Positions 31,330 through 41,492 are shown, numbered from the stretch's first letter. The stretch: 64,000 nt of DNA from an uncultured Pelagibacteraceae bacterium (GCA_902631265.1 CACOXX010000004.1:677-64676), one strand, 5' to 3'. The notes: generated by a model not told the origin, from the letters alone. Translations and numbers: made by a program.

Positions 31330-33020
31330 TTTTTAATTACTTGCTTGTGCATATCGTCAAGAGCATCACAAAAATTTTTGCTAAATTCCTTTGTATCAAA
31401 TAAGGAAGTATTCAGAACTTCATCAAAAAGTTGTTTTCTTACTTTTTCCAGTTCGTTGATATTTTTTGAGTAAAAAACTGCTTTTTCAACATAATCATCA
31501 ACATTGCTTGCTATAAAGTTTTCAATATTTGCATTTTTTAGAATACTTTCACCACATCTAGAATTAAAATTATATCCAGTTTTTGTAATTACAGGCACAT
31601 TTTTCCATAACGCTTCAAATGTTGTTGTAACTCCATTAAATGGGAAAGTGTCTAAACATAGATCAATTTTGTCATATGTATTAATATGAGATAAAAAATC
31701 ATTTTTGTTAGTTTTTTTAAGTATTTCAACACTGTCAATCAAACCCTCCTCTACAAATTTTTTTCTTAAAACATCTTCACAAATAAATAAGGATGATTTT
31801 AATATAATCTTAGACTTTTTAATTTTTTTAAGAATTTTTATCCATGTGTTAAGGACCTCATCGTTTATTTTCATGAAATTATTCAAGGAACCAAATGTCA
31901 AATAACCGTTTCTTTTAAAAGGTAACTCATTATAAATTCTATTATGTTCAAAACCGCAATGTGCGTTCCAAATTTTTGGTAGTTTGTAAATTTTTGTCCC
32001 ATAATCCTTCTCTTCATTTTGTGTGGTATTGGTATCTGCTAGAAGAAAATCTATTTCTTTGAATCCAGATGCATTATTGAAACCTAGCCAATTTATTTGA
32101 AGTGGACACATTCTCGTGTTGAAAATATTCGCCCTATTTGCAGACCACAATCCAGAAAGATCAATTAAAATATCTATTTTGGAATTTTGAATAGTATTCA
32201 CAATCTCCTGATCTGATTTATCTCCTAAATTAATCCAATGATCAAAAAGATCTTTAAAATTTTCAGTAGTTTCATCGTGCTGATTTATCTTCAAAAGAGA
32301 TAGTGCAACCGTTTCAAATTTAGTTTTTTTTAAGTCTTTAATGAGATTTATTATGAAATAGGAAATTGAGTGAGATTTATTAAAATCAGGGGACAGGAAT
32401 CCAACCTTTATCTTTTTTTTATCTAGGTTTGAATTTGTTAATTTTTTTGCATCAAAATTATTAAATAAATTTGTGAACTTTTTTTGAAAGTCGCTAAAAT
32501 TTATCTGTTTCCAGTCACTTAAATACATTTGTGACGTTATATATAAAGATCCGATAAGCTTATCTAATTTTTTTAATTTGAGAATTTTTTCTATTATTAA
32601 AATTCTTTTTTTATGCTTTAAAAGATATTTATAAAGATCAATTCCGTGAGCTAAATACTTATGGTTGTTAGAAAATTTTTTTTCTGCCTCAATATACATT
32701 TTTTCAGAGGTCATAAAATTACTTACTAAACTAGACTCTTTGCGTCCCATCTCTGCACAAAGCTTAATATGATTACATAGCGACTCTAATGATATTTCGC
32801 CGAGGTTATCTTTATAAAAGGCTTTCTCAAAATTAACCAAAGCGCCCTTAACGTCATCCTCTGTTCTGCCTTTCCGCGATGCGTGGCAAACACCTAATAA
32901 ATTATGTAAAACAGACGATCTATTTTTTTCTGTTGAAAATGTTTTGATTTCTATAATAATTTCAGAATATTTTTTTTCGTTTAAGAGTTTTTTGATTTTT
33001 GACATGTTTATGTCAGTCAT
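31320..33020 (-). CDS. SPINDLY/OGT-like GT41 glycosyltransferase with short degenerate TPR-like N-terminus (start uncertain: 33026, 33020 or 33005)
   Basis: VGFLSPDFNKSHSISYF, IDILIDLSG, FGSLNNFMKI, DLCLDTFPFNGVTTTFEALW. Confidence 0.88.
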   Translation of the reverse strand: MTDINMSKIKKLLNEKKYSEIIIEIKTFSTEKNRSSVLHNLLGVCHASRKGRTEDDVKGALVNFEKAFYKDNLGEISLESLCNHIKLCAEMGRKESSLVSNFMTSEKMYIEAEKKFSNNHKYLAHGIDLYKYLLKHKKRILIIEKILKLKKLDKLIGSLYITSQMYLSDWKQINFSDFQKKFTNLFNNFDAKKLTNSNLDKKKIKVGFLSPDFNKSHSISYFIINLIKDLKKTKFETVALSLLKINQHDETTENFKDLFDHWINLGDKSDQEIVNTIQNSKIDILIDLSGLWSANRANIFNTRMCPLQINWLGFNNASGFKEIDFLLADTNTTQNEEKDYGTKIYKLPKIWNAHCGFEHNRIYNELPFKRNGYLTFGSLNNFMKINDEVLNTWIKILKKIKKSKIILKSSLFICEDVLRKKFVEEGLIDSVEILKKTNKNDFLSHINTYDKIDLCLDTFPFNGVTTTFEALWKNVPVITKTGYNFNSRCGESILKNANIENFIASNVDDYVEKAVFYSKNINELEKVRKQLFDEVLNTSLFDTKEFSKNFCDALDDMHKQVIKNYK

Positions 33021-33061
33021 AAACAAATATTATCAAATAAAAGTCTAATTTAAATGATTTA

Positions 33062-34333
33062 TTAAGATGGTTTATTCATAGAGTTAAAAAACTCTGTGTT
33101 ACTTTTGGTATTTTTAAGTTTTGAATTTATGAATTCAATAGCATCCATTGATCCCATGGGTGCAATAATACGCCTTAGAACGTTCATTTTTTGTAAATCA
33201 TTTTTATCAAAGAGCAGTTCTTCTCTTCTTGTGCCTGACTTAGTGATATCAATTGCTGGGAATATTCTTTTTTCAGAAATTTTCCTATCTAGAATTGTTT
33301 CACTATTACCCGTTCCTTTAAATTCCTCAAATATAACTTCATCCATTCTGCTACCAGTATCTATTAACGCAGTAGCTATAATTGTTAAAGATCCACCTTC
33401 TTCGATGTTTCTAGCTGCCCCAAAAAATCTTTTTGGTCTTTGAAGTGCATTAGCATCTACACCTCCTGTTAAAACTTTACCAGAACTAGGAACTACAGCG
33501 TTATAAGCTCTTCCAAGTCTAGTTATTGAGTCTAAAAGAATAACTACATCTTTTTTATGTTCTGTCATTCTTTTAGCTTTTTCTATGACCATTTCAGCTA
33601 CCGCAACGTGCCTCTGTGCAGGTTCATCAAAAGTTGAACTTACCACCTCACCTTTAACTGTGCGTTGCATATCTGTTACTTCCTCAGGTCTTTCATCTAT
33701 AAGTAAGACCATCAAATAACATTCTGGATGATTGGCTGTAATCGAGTTAGCTATACTTTGTAATATCATTGTCTTCCCAGCTTTTGGTGGAGATATGATT
33801 AAAGATCTTTGGCCTTTGCCAATTGGACTAACGAGATCAATTAATCTTGGGGTTAAATTTGGTTTTTTCTCAACTGTGTTTGTCTCAACTTCCATTACTA
33901 TTTGTTTGTTAGGATATAATGGAGTTAAGTTGTCAAAAGCAATTTTGTGCCTAGATTTTTCAGGGTCTTCAAGATTTATCTTACTCACTTGAAGCAAAGC
34001 AAAATATCTTTCTCCCTCTTTTGGGGCTCTAACGGGCCCTTCAACGGTATCCCCTGTTCTTAAACCAAATTTTCTGATTTGACTTGGGCTTACATAAATA
34101 TCATCCGCACCTGGTAAATAGTTTGACTCCAAAGCTCTTAAAAAACCAAATCCATCTTGAAGAAGCTGTAGAACACCCATTCCAGTTATTTCTTCACCTT
34201 TTTCAGCAAGCTTTTTCAGTATAGCAAAAAGAATTTCTTGCTTTCTAAGTGTGCTTGCGTTTTCAATACCTAGTTTTTCGGCCTGTTCAATTAATTGTGC
34301 TGGGCTATTTTTTTTAAGTTCTTGGATTTTCAT
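33062..34333 (-). CDS. rho: Transcription termination factor Rho
   Basis: [35 protein letters not shown]. Confidence 0.99.
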   Translation of the reverse strand: MKIQELKKNSPAQLIEQAEKLGIENASTLRKQEILFAILKKLAEKGEEITGMGVLQLLQDGFGFLRALESNYLPGADDIYVSPSQIRKFGLRTGDTVEGPVRAPKEGERYFALLQVSKINLEDPEKSRHKIAFDNLTPLYPNKQIVMEVETNTVEKKPNLTPRLIDLVSPIGKGQRSLIISPPKAGKTMILQSIANSITANHPECYLMVLLIDERPEEVTDMQRTVKGEVVSSTFDEPAQRHVAVAEMVIEKAKRMTEHKKDVVILLDSITRLGRAYNAVVPSSGKVLTGGVDANALQRPKRFFGAARNIEEGGSLTIIATALIDTGSRMDEVIFEEFKGTGNSETILDRKISEKRIFPAIDITKSGTRREELLFDKNDLQKMNVLRRIIAPMGSMDAIEFINSKLKNTKSNTEFFNSMNKPS

Positions 34334-34399
34334 GAATAAGGATTGTTTGTTTGGATGTTTTAAATATAGACATTATCTAATAATATTCAAGTGAAAACC

Positions 34400-34930
34400 T
34401 CAAAATTTTTTGTTTAATTCAGCAGCAAATTCATCAACTTTTAACCAATTGGTAAACTCATATGATTTCGAGGTATCCGTGGGGCCTTTTGTAATGAGCA
34501 TAATAAAACGTATTATAATTTTCTCAAAAAATTTATATTTTGGGTAGTCAATTTTACCTGCAAAAACTGCTGTTATATCTGGTTTCCATTTAGTTTTATT
34601 GAGAAATTTTATTACGTAAGGGTTGTTAGTTGAAAGATCTTTACCAGGTTTTCTTGCAACAGCATTAACAGAAAAAAAGGCTGTTTTTTTATTATTAAAG
34701 ACTTCCAAATTATTTTTTACTAATTTTGTAATTTCCGAACTGTGTTTGCCATACCTTATGCTGGCACCAATGATAATAATTTCATATTCATTTAATCTCA
34801 TATTTTTTACGTCATGAATTGGTTTTAACTCAAAAGATATTGATGTTTTGCATTTTTCACTCAAATATTCTGATATTTTAAAAGTTTGACCATCTATAGA
34901 ACTGTAAATCAATATTGCATTTTTAGACAT
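34400..34930 (-). CDS. hemG: Flavodoxin-type protoporphyrinogen IX dehydrogenase HemG
   Basis: LIYSSIDGQT, IGASIRYG, FFSVNAVARKP, NPY..KFL, FAGKIDYPKY, GPTD, EFTNW; overlaps the hemH stop. Confidence 0.88.
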   Translation of the reverse strand: MSKNAILIYSSIDGQTFKISEYLSEKCKTSISFELKPIHDVKNMRLNEYEIIIIGASIRYGKHSSEITKLVKNNLEVFNNKKTAFFSVNAVARKPGKDLSTNNPYVIKFLNKTKWKPDITAVFAGKIDYPKYKFFEKIIIRFIMLITKGPTDTSKSYEFTNWLKVDEFAAELNKKF

Positions 34931-35918
34931 GATATTTTTGTATCAAATGTGTTAAGAGTTTTATATGATCCTCATTATCATTGAGACAAGGAACAACATC
35001 AAATTCTTCTCCGCCGGCGTCTAAAAAACTCTCCTTACCTTGTATTGATATTTCTTCTAGAGTTTCTACACAATCAGATGAAAATCCCGGACAAATAACT
35101 AATAATTTCTTTTTTCCTTCTTTTGGCAAGTTTTCAAAAGTTTTATCCGTATAAGGTTGTAACCATTCCTGTGGGCCGAACCTTGACTGAAAAGTTGTTA
35201 ATAATGGTATTTTATTAAAGCTTTCTTTAATTAATCTTGAAGTTTTCTGGCAATAACACTGGTAAGGATCTCCCTTGTCAAAATATTTTTTTGGTATGCC
35301 GTGATATGATGCTACTATTAAATCTGGTGTCCATTTTATTTCTGATATTTTTTTTTTAATACTATTCACTAGTGCTGTTATATAAAGAGGCTCTGACTCA
35401 TAATGAGGGATAATCTGCAAACTTGGCTGCCACCTCATTTTCATTAAAGTTCTATAGACTTCATCACAAACAGTTGCTGTGGTTGCGGCTGCATACTGAG
35501 GATATAAGGGTATAATAATAAGTTTTTCGCAACCTTGTTCTTGCAACTTATACATTTTCTTTTTTATACTAGGTTTTCCATATCTCATGGCATAATCTAT
35601 TATTAAATTTTCATTAGATATTTTTTCATTTACTTTTTTTGATTGCATCTGTGTATAATATCTTAAGGGAGACATATTTATATCCTTCATCCATATTTCT
35701 TTATAAGCTTTAGCTGTTTTCGAGGGTCTAAATGTTAAGATGAACAAGTTTAAAATTATTTGCCATAAAAAAGGATTTACCTCAATAACCCTGCGATCTG
35801 ACAGAAACTCTTTAAGATATTTTCTAATGTCTAACCAGCTTGTTGAGTCAGGCGTGCCAAGGTTAATTAATAAAACACCAGTTTTTCCAAAATTTACTTG
35901 CGGATGATTATTGTCCAC
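34923..35918 (-). CDS. hemH: Ferrochelatase
   Basis: LLINLGTP, PLYPQY, SYHGIP, FQSRFG..EWLQPY, DCVETLEE. Confidence 0.97.
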   Translation of the reverse strand: MDNNHPQVNFGKTGVLLINLGTPDSTSWLDIRKYLKEFLSDRRVIEVNPFLWQIILNLFILTFRPSKTAKAYKEIWMKDINMSPLRYYTQMQSKKVNEKISNENLIIDYAMRYGKPSIKKKMYKLQEQGCEKLIIIPLYPQYAAATTATVCDEVYRTLMKMRWQPSLQIIPHYESEPLYITALVNSIKKKISEIKWTPDLIVASYHGIPKKYFDKGDPYQCYCQKTSRLIKESFNKIPLLTTFQSRFGPQEWLQPYTDKTFENLPKEGKKKLLVICPGFSSDCVETLEEISIQGKESFLDAGGEEFDVVPCLNDNEDHIKLLTHLIQKYHV

Positions 35919-36915
35919 TAAAACTCCTAACTACATCTACTAAATACTTAACCATATCTGGGTTGGTATCCGGTAAAACTCCATGTCCTAAATTGAATAT
36001 ATATCTTTTTTTATCAAAAGTTTTTAAATATTTTGTCACTTCATTTCTCACAATATCTTTGTTTTGTAATAAAATTTTTGGGTCGAGACCACCCTGAACA
36101 GTTATGTCAATGGTATCTCTTATTGTTGAGGGATCTATATTATAATCAATGCTAACTATGTCTGGGTTTACATTTTCTACAAATTTTTTGTAATTATTAA
36201 TATTTCTTGGAAAACAAATTGAGATAGACTCTTTTTGTCTAATAAAATCTACTAAGCTTTTGATGGGCTTATAAACAAAATACTCTAGATCTTTTTCTGG
36301 AAGAAGCCCAGCCCAACTATCAAATATTTGAATTATTGATGCGCCACTTTTAATTTGAGCTTCTATGTGTATTTTTAAAAATTTATCCAATTTTAACATG
36401 ATGTCATGAACAAATTTATCTTTTTGAAATACATTAAAATTTCCTCCTTTAGGAGATTTTCTATTAAGCATATATAACAACAATGTCCAAGGGGCTCCTA
36501 CAAAGCCAATTGTATCTTTATTATTTGCGGACAATTTAGTTTTTGTTTCTTTAATTGTTTCATAAACTGGGTTCAGTTTTTTGAGGAAGGATTCTTTTTT
36601 AACTTCATTTAATATTTTTAAATCAATTTTTTGTAAATTAGGTCCAAAATCTTTTTTAAAACTCACTTGTTGACCAAGTGCATATGGAACAAGAAGAATA
36701 TCAGAAAATACTATAGCTGCATCAAAATCAAACCTTGTAATTGGTTGTATGGTTATTTGTGATGATAATTTAGTATTTAAACATAATTTGATAAAATCCT
36801 GATTCTTTTCTCTTATGGATCTGAATTCTGGTAAATATCTTCCAGCCTGCCTCATTAACCATATAGGTGTTTTAGAAAACTTATTATTAATACAGTCCTG
36901 TATGAGAGTATTCAT
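35908..36915 (-). CDS. hemE: Uroporphyrinogen decarboxylase
   Basis: WLMRQAGRYLPE, FSDIL, GAPWT, QIFDSW, FNLGHG. Confidence 0.97.
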   Translation of the reverse strand: MNTLIQDCINNKFSKTPIWLMRQAGRYLPEFRSIREKNQDFIKLCLNTKLSSQITIQPITRFDFDAAIVFSDILLVPYALGQQVSFKKDFGPNLQKIDLKILNEVKKESFLKKLNPVYETIKETKTKLSANNKDTIGFVGAPWTLLLYMLNRKSPKGGNFNVFQKDKFVHDIMLKLDKFLKIHIEAQIKSGASIIQIFDSWAGLLPEKDLEYFVYKPIKSLVDFIRQKESISICFPRNINNYKKFVENVNPDIVSIDYNIDPSTIRDTIDITVQGGLDPKILLQNKDIVRNEVTKYLKTFDKKRYIFNLGHGVLPDTNPDMVKYLVDVVRSFSGQ

Positions 36916-37193
36916 ATAATTAAATATTATTTATATTATTTGTAGTATGTATTGTTAATAATGGTAATTAATGTTTTTTTACAACTTTATAACAGTTTTT
37001 TCACATAAGATTTATTAAATTTACCTTAGAATTGTTTAACTTTTAATTAATTACCATTTTTTAATCTAAAAAGTATAATATTTATCAACAAGGTTTAAAA
37101 TGTGTATAAATGATCACTTATACATTAAAATCTCTGAATTGATTTTTTTTAAACTTATGGAGCAATTTATACACAGGATTATATTTTTTATAC
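36916..37193. other. Probable chromosomal replication origin (oriC)
   Basis: Largest intergenic gap in the window (278 bp), very AT-rich. DnaA boxes TGTGTATAA (37101-37109) and TTATACACA (37167-37175), plus near-match TTATCAACA (37082-37090). Sits at the hemE/DUF299 position of alphaproteobacterial origins, with genes diverging on both sides. Confidence 0.8.
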
Positions 37194-38015
37194 ATGATTA
37201 ATACATACGATATATATCTTATTTCTGATTCAACTGGAGAAACGTTAGAAAGAATCTTTCTTGCAATTAAAGCTCAATTTAAAAATTTTGACTATAAAAC
37301 TCATTATTATTCTTTTACCAGAACAGAAAACCAAATCTCGAAAATTTTGGAAGTCTCGGAGAAAAGTAATAATTCTATCGTTCTATACACAATTGTTGAT
37401 AACAAGTTAGCAAAATATCTATCGGATGAATGTAATATAAAAAATATCCCTTGTTTTGGAATTCTTGGAGATTTGATTATTAGCTTTTCAAAACTTTTAG
37501 ATCAAAAAGCGCTTAATGTTCCAAGTAGACAGCACATAATGGATGAAGAGTATTATAAAAAAATTGAAGCTATTCAATTCACAATGAATCACGACGATGG
37601 TAATTCAGTAGAAGACATTGAAAAATCAGATATCATTCTTCTAGGTGTAAGTAGGACAAGCAAGACCCCAACTTCAATTTATCTTGCAAATAAAGGATTG
37701 AAAATATCAAACATACCGCTGGTTAATGAGAACTCTGTTCCTGATATATTAAAAAAAGATCCTCAAAAAAAGTGCGTAGTCGGTTTAACAGCTGAGCCTG
37801 ACAGACTAGTAGATTTACGTAAAAATAGAATGCAATCAATTAAAGATAATGAAAGAGCCGAATATACAAATTTAGATATAGTACAAAAAGAAATGGAGGA
37901 TGCACGAAAACTCTTTCAAAAATACAAATGGCCAAGTATTGATGTAACAAGAAAGTCCGTAGAAGAAACTGCCGCCTCAGTTTTGAAGATACATGATATT
38001 TTTAACCAAAAATGA
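37194..38015 (+). CDS. Pyruvate, phosphate/water dikinase regulatory protein (DUF299 kinase/pyrophosphorylase)
   Basis: ISDSTGET, HDDG, GVSRTSKTPTSIYLA, IDVTRKSVEETA. Confidence 0.93.
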   Translation: MINTYDIYLISDSTGETLERIFLAIKAQFKNFDYKTHYYSFTRTENQISKILEVSEKSNNSIVLYTIVDNKLAKYLSDECNIKNIPCFGILGDLIISFSKLLDQKALNVPSRQHIMDEEYYKKIEAIQFTMNHDDGNSVEDIEKSDIILLGVSRTSKTPTSIYLANKGLKISNIPLVNENSVPDILKKDPQKKCVVGLTAEPDRLVDLRKNRMQSIKDNERAEYTNLDIVQKEMEDARKLFQKYKWPSIDVTRKSVEETAASVLKIHDIFNQK

Positions 38016-38596
38016 AATCAATAATCTTGGCATCAAAGAGCGAAGTAAGAAAAAAAATATTGGATGAAAACAATATAAAATGTGCTGTTGAACCTTCAAA
38101 TCTAGATGAAGATGAAGTAAAGAAATCTTTAATTAATCAAGGAGCAACACCAGAACTCGTGTCAAAAAATTTAGCCGAATTAAAAGCAAATAAGGTGAGT
38201 CAAAAAAGAAGTGGAGAAATAGTTTTAGGTGCAGATAGTGTAATTGATTTAAATGGCAAACTTATATCAAAACCGACAAATAGGACAGAAGCTATGAGTA
38301 TTTTAACTTCTTTGAATGGTAAATCTCATTTTCTTATCAGTTCAGTTTGCATATCTTTAGATGGTAAAATGATATGGAATTATACCGAAAAAGCTGAGAT
38401 GAAAATGAAAAACTTCACTAAAAAAGAGCTTCAAGAATATTTAAGTAAAATTTCAGATAAAGACTTATATTCTTACAATGTTTATCAAGTAGAAGGAGAG
38501 GGAAAAAAATTATTCAGTGAAATCAAGGGGGACATTGATACAATAATGGGTCTGCCAATTAAAAATATTAAAAAGTATTTGGAAAATATTAAATGA
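38012..38596 (+). CDS. maf: Maf family nucleotide pyrophosphatase
   Basis: ILASKS..RKKIL, LAELKA, LGADSV, SKP, IMGLP. Confidence 0.9.
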   Translation: MKSIILASKSEVRKKILDENNIKCAVEPSNLDEDEVKKSLINQGATPELVSKNLAELKANKVSQKRSGEIVLGADSVIDLNGKLISKPTNRTEAMSILTSLNGKSHFLISSVCISLDGKMIWNYTEKAEMKMKNFTKKELQEYLSKISDKDLYSYNVYQVEGEGKKLFSEIKGDIDTIMGLPIKNIKKYLENIK

Positions 38597-39381
38597 AAAA
38601 ATTTTGTGTTATAGGAAACCCAATTGATCATTCTTTGTCCCCAAAACTTCATAATTTTTGGTTCAAAAAAAATAAGATTGAGGCAATTTACGAAAAAAAA
38701 CTTCTTGTAGAAAAAGAAATCCCAAAATTAATTGAGAGTATTAGAAAATCCAAAATAAATGGTGTCAATGTTACTGTTCCATTTAAAAACTCAGTAATTC
38801 CATTTTTGGATACTCTCAGTTCTGAGGCAAAAAAAACCAACTCTGTGAATACTATTTGTACAGAGGAAGACAAAATAATAGGCCACAATACAGATATTGC
38901 TGGATTCGAGTTGGCTTTAAGATACATCAATTATGATGTTAAAAGAAAGAAGGCGCTCATAATAGGTGCGGGCGGAGTTAGTCCTTCTATTATCCTCGCT
39001 TTAAAAAATATGGGATGTGAAAATATTCATTTAACTAATAGAACATTTGAAAAAGCAGAAAAAATAAAAGAAACTTTTAATGACATTATTATCCAAAAGT
39101 GGGGTGATATCCCCGAGTTTGATATAGTTATTAATGCAACAAGCGTAGGCTTGAATAATGAAAATTTTGATTTGAAATTAAATAAGTTCGGAAATAATAA
39201 ATTTTTTTATGATGTAATTTACAATCCGAGTGAAACAAATTTTCTAAAGGAGGCAAAGCTTAGTGGTAATAAAACAGAAAATGGTAGAATGATGTTTATA
39301 TATCAGGCCCATCAATCATTTGCTTTGTGGAATAAGGTATTACCTAAGATTGATGAAGAAACAATAGAAATCTTAAAATGA
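38593..39381 (+). CDS. aroE: Shikimate dehydrogenase
   Basis: GNPIDHSLSP, NVTVPFK, VNT, NTD, GAGG, NATSVG. Confidence 0.96.
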   Translation: MKKFCVIGNPIDHSLSPKLHNFWFKKNKIEAIYEKKLLVEKEIPKLIESIRKSKINGVNVTVPFKNSVIPFLDTLSSEAKKTNSVNTICTEEDKIIGHNTDIAGFELALRYINYDVKRKKALIIGAGGVSPSIILALKNMGCENIHLTNRTFEKAEKIKETFNDIIIQKWGDIPEFDIVINATSVGLNNENFDLKLNKFGNNKFFYDVIYNPSETNFLKEAKLSGNKTENGRMMFIYQAHQSFALWNKVLPKIDEETIEILK

Positions 39382-39950
39382 GAAGAATCGCACTAGTTGG
39401 GGATATTGGTTCGGGAAAGACATTCTTTTCAAAATTATTTAAGTACCCAATTTTTAATGCTGATTTAGTAGTTTCGAACCTTTACAAAGAAGATAAATTT
39501 TTATTTAGAAAAGTTAAGAAAAAATTTCCTGATAAAGTAAGCAACTTCCCTTTGAAAAAAGAGGAATTACTTAAAATAATTTTCCAGAAACAGAAAAACT
39601 TGGATGTTCTAGGTAAAATAATTCACCCAATAGTAAGAAAAAAAATGAAAAATTTCTTTAAAAAAAATAAAAAGAAAAAATTTGTTATCTTGGATGTGCC
39701 TTTATTTTTAGAAAACAGATTAAATACAAAAAGGGATATTATAATTTTTGTTGAGGCAAATAAAAAAAAAATTAAACAAAAACTTAACAGAAGAAAAAAT
39801 AACAATCCAAAGTTGATAAATATTCTAAGAAGAAATCAACTACCAGCAAAATTAAAGAAAAAAAAATCAACTTATGTTATAAAAAATAATTTTGTTAGAA
39901 ACACAGCCAAAAAAAATGTAAAATTGATTATGAAAAGAATTAGCAAATGA
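39378..39950 (+). CDS. coaE: Dephospho-CoA kinase
   Basis: GDIGSGKT Walker A, IIHPIV, LDVPLFLE; maf-aroE-coaE-dnaQ synteny. Confidence 0.9.
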   Translation: MRRIALVGDIGSGKTFFSKLFKYPIFNADLVVSNLYKEDKFLFRKVKKKFPDKVSNFPLKKEELLKIIFQKQKNLDVLGKIIHPIVRKKMKNFFKKNKKKKFVILDVPLFLENRLNTKRDIIIFVEANKKKIKQKLNRRKNNNPKLINILRRNQLPAKLKKKKSTYVIKNNFVRNTAKKNVKLIMKRISK

Positions 39951-40612
39951 GAGAAATTGTTTTAGATACAGAAACAACTGGTCTTTCAGTTGAAAATGGA
40001 CATCGAATAATTGAGATTGGTTGTATAGAACTTGATAACCAAATTTTAACCTCTAATCGTTTCCACTGCTATTTGAACCCCCAAAGAAAAGTTTCAGAAG
40101 AAGCATTTAAAGTACACGGATATTCAGATGAATTTTTATCTGATAAAAAAAAATTTTCAGAAATAGCAGATGATTTTCTACAATTTATAGGTGACAAAAA
40201 ATTAATTATACACAACGCTCAGTTTGATTTATCTCATTTAAATAATGAATTGAAATTATCTGGAAAAAAACCAATCTTAAAAGATCAAGTTATTGATACA
40301 TTGGATATAGCAAGAGAGAAATTTCCAGGTTCTCAAATTAGTTTAGACGCATTATGTAAAAGATTTAGAGTCGATAACTCTAAAAGAAAATTACATACTG
40401 CATTAATTGACTGTGAACTATTATCAAAAGTTTATGTAAACTTAATTGACCAAAAAGAACCGAAACTAAATTTCTCGGAAAAAAAACATGAAGCAGAAAA
40501 TAGTGAAAATGTAATAATCAATTTTTGCAAAAAAGTTATTGGACCCACCACAGAAGAGCGCAAAGAGCATCAAAATTTCCTTAAAAAATCTCTCAAAAAA
40601 AACTACTTCTGA
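39947..40612 (+). CDS. dnaQ: DNA polymerase III epsilon subunit
   Basis: LDTETTG, HNAQFD, SLDALC, HTALID (DEDDh). Confidence 0.96.
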   Translation: MREIVLDTETTGLSVENGHRIIEIGCIELDNQILTSNRFHCYLNPQRKVSEEAFKVHGYSDEFLSDKKKFSEIADDFLQFIGDKKLIIHNAQFDLSHLNNELKLSGKKPILKDQVIDTLDIAREKFPGSQISLDALCKRFRVDNSKRKLHTALIDCELLSKVYVNLIDQKEPKLNFSEKKHEAENSENVIINFCKKVIGPTTEERKEHQNFLKKSLKKNYF

Positions 40613-41025
40613 TTTTTTTCAAACAATTCTTGAAAATTTATTTTTTTTTCTAATTTTATTTCCGGATAACCTATTGATTTAACAATTTCGAAAAACTTTT
40701 TTTCTATTTCAGGGTACATTTCACCAGGCACATCACTTAAAAAAATCTTTTTTAATTGATCCTTATTTACAGCAGATTCCTCAACCCTTACAACTGTAGT
40801 GTGGGTCATTTCAAAATATGCTTTTTTATCTTCTTCATTTTTATTGTCAAAAATTAATCTTATATTCACTTCAGCCATATTATTTTTAAGTGGCAAAGAG
40901 TTTATGTCTATTCCTAAAGAATATTTTGGAATATTGTCCTTAAGGTATATAAAGTTTTCTGTACCAGATATTTTTGAAGAAATGTCTTTGACATATGAAG
41001 TTAGAATTTTATAATTTTTTGTCAT
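40603..41025 (-). CDS. secB: Protein-export chaperone SecB-like, divergent (probable start ATG 41025)
   Basis: YVKDIS and INFQELF motifs; dnaQ-secB-fxsA-Tim44 synteny. Confidence 0.7.
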   Translation of the reverse strand: MTKNYKILTSYVKDISSKISGTENFIYLKDNIPKYSLGIDINSLPLKNNMAEVNIRLIFDNKNEEDKKAYFEMTHTTVVRVEESAVNKDQLKKIFLSDVPGEMYPEIEKKFFEIVKSIGYPEIKLEKKINFQELFEKNQK

Positions 41026-41434
41026 TCCCGTTATCCTTATCTTCATATTCTCCTTCAATCAAATCATCTTTAATATGAACTTCACTTTTTGTTTTTTTCG
41101 ATAATAATTGAAAAATTATTTTTCTAGTTAATGGAAAAATAATTAAAAAACCTAATAAGTCTGTGGCAAATCCAGGTAAAATTAATAAAAATGCAGCAAT
41201 CGCTAACGCAGCACCAGACATTAACTCAAATAAAGGCATTTGGTTTTTATAAATTTGAGTAACGCCAGATTTCAAGGTATTTAAACCTTCGTACCTTGCG
41301 TAATAAACGCCAATTATAGCTGTAACAAATATTAAAGAGATTGTAGTAAAAGCTCCAATTTGACTTCCAATTTTAATAAATAAATAAATTTCTAAAATTG
41401 GGATCAAAATTATCAATAAAAGCACTGTGTTCAT
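41009..41434 (-). CDS. fxsA: FxsA family membrane protein
   Basis: IPILEIYLFIKIG, LLILPGFATDLLG, C-terminal IEGEY. Confidence 0.9.
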   Translation of the reverse strand: MNTVLLLIILIPILEIYLFIKIGSQIGAFTTISLIFVTAIIGVYYARYEGLNTLKSGVTQIYKNQMPLFELMSGAALAIAAFLLILPGFATDLLGFLIIFPLTRKIIFQLLSKKTKSEVHIKDDLIEGEYEDKDNGNDKKL

Positions 41435-41492
41435 TTGTCTTTAATGTAAATTGCTTGTTGAAATTAAGCAATAGAGTAAATATTATTAAATT

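Noticed and set aside
37036-37050. TTAA-N7-TTAA CtrA-like box in oriC
   Set aside because: Expected by chance in such AT-rich DNA, and there is no evidence for ctrA in this window.
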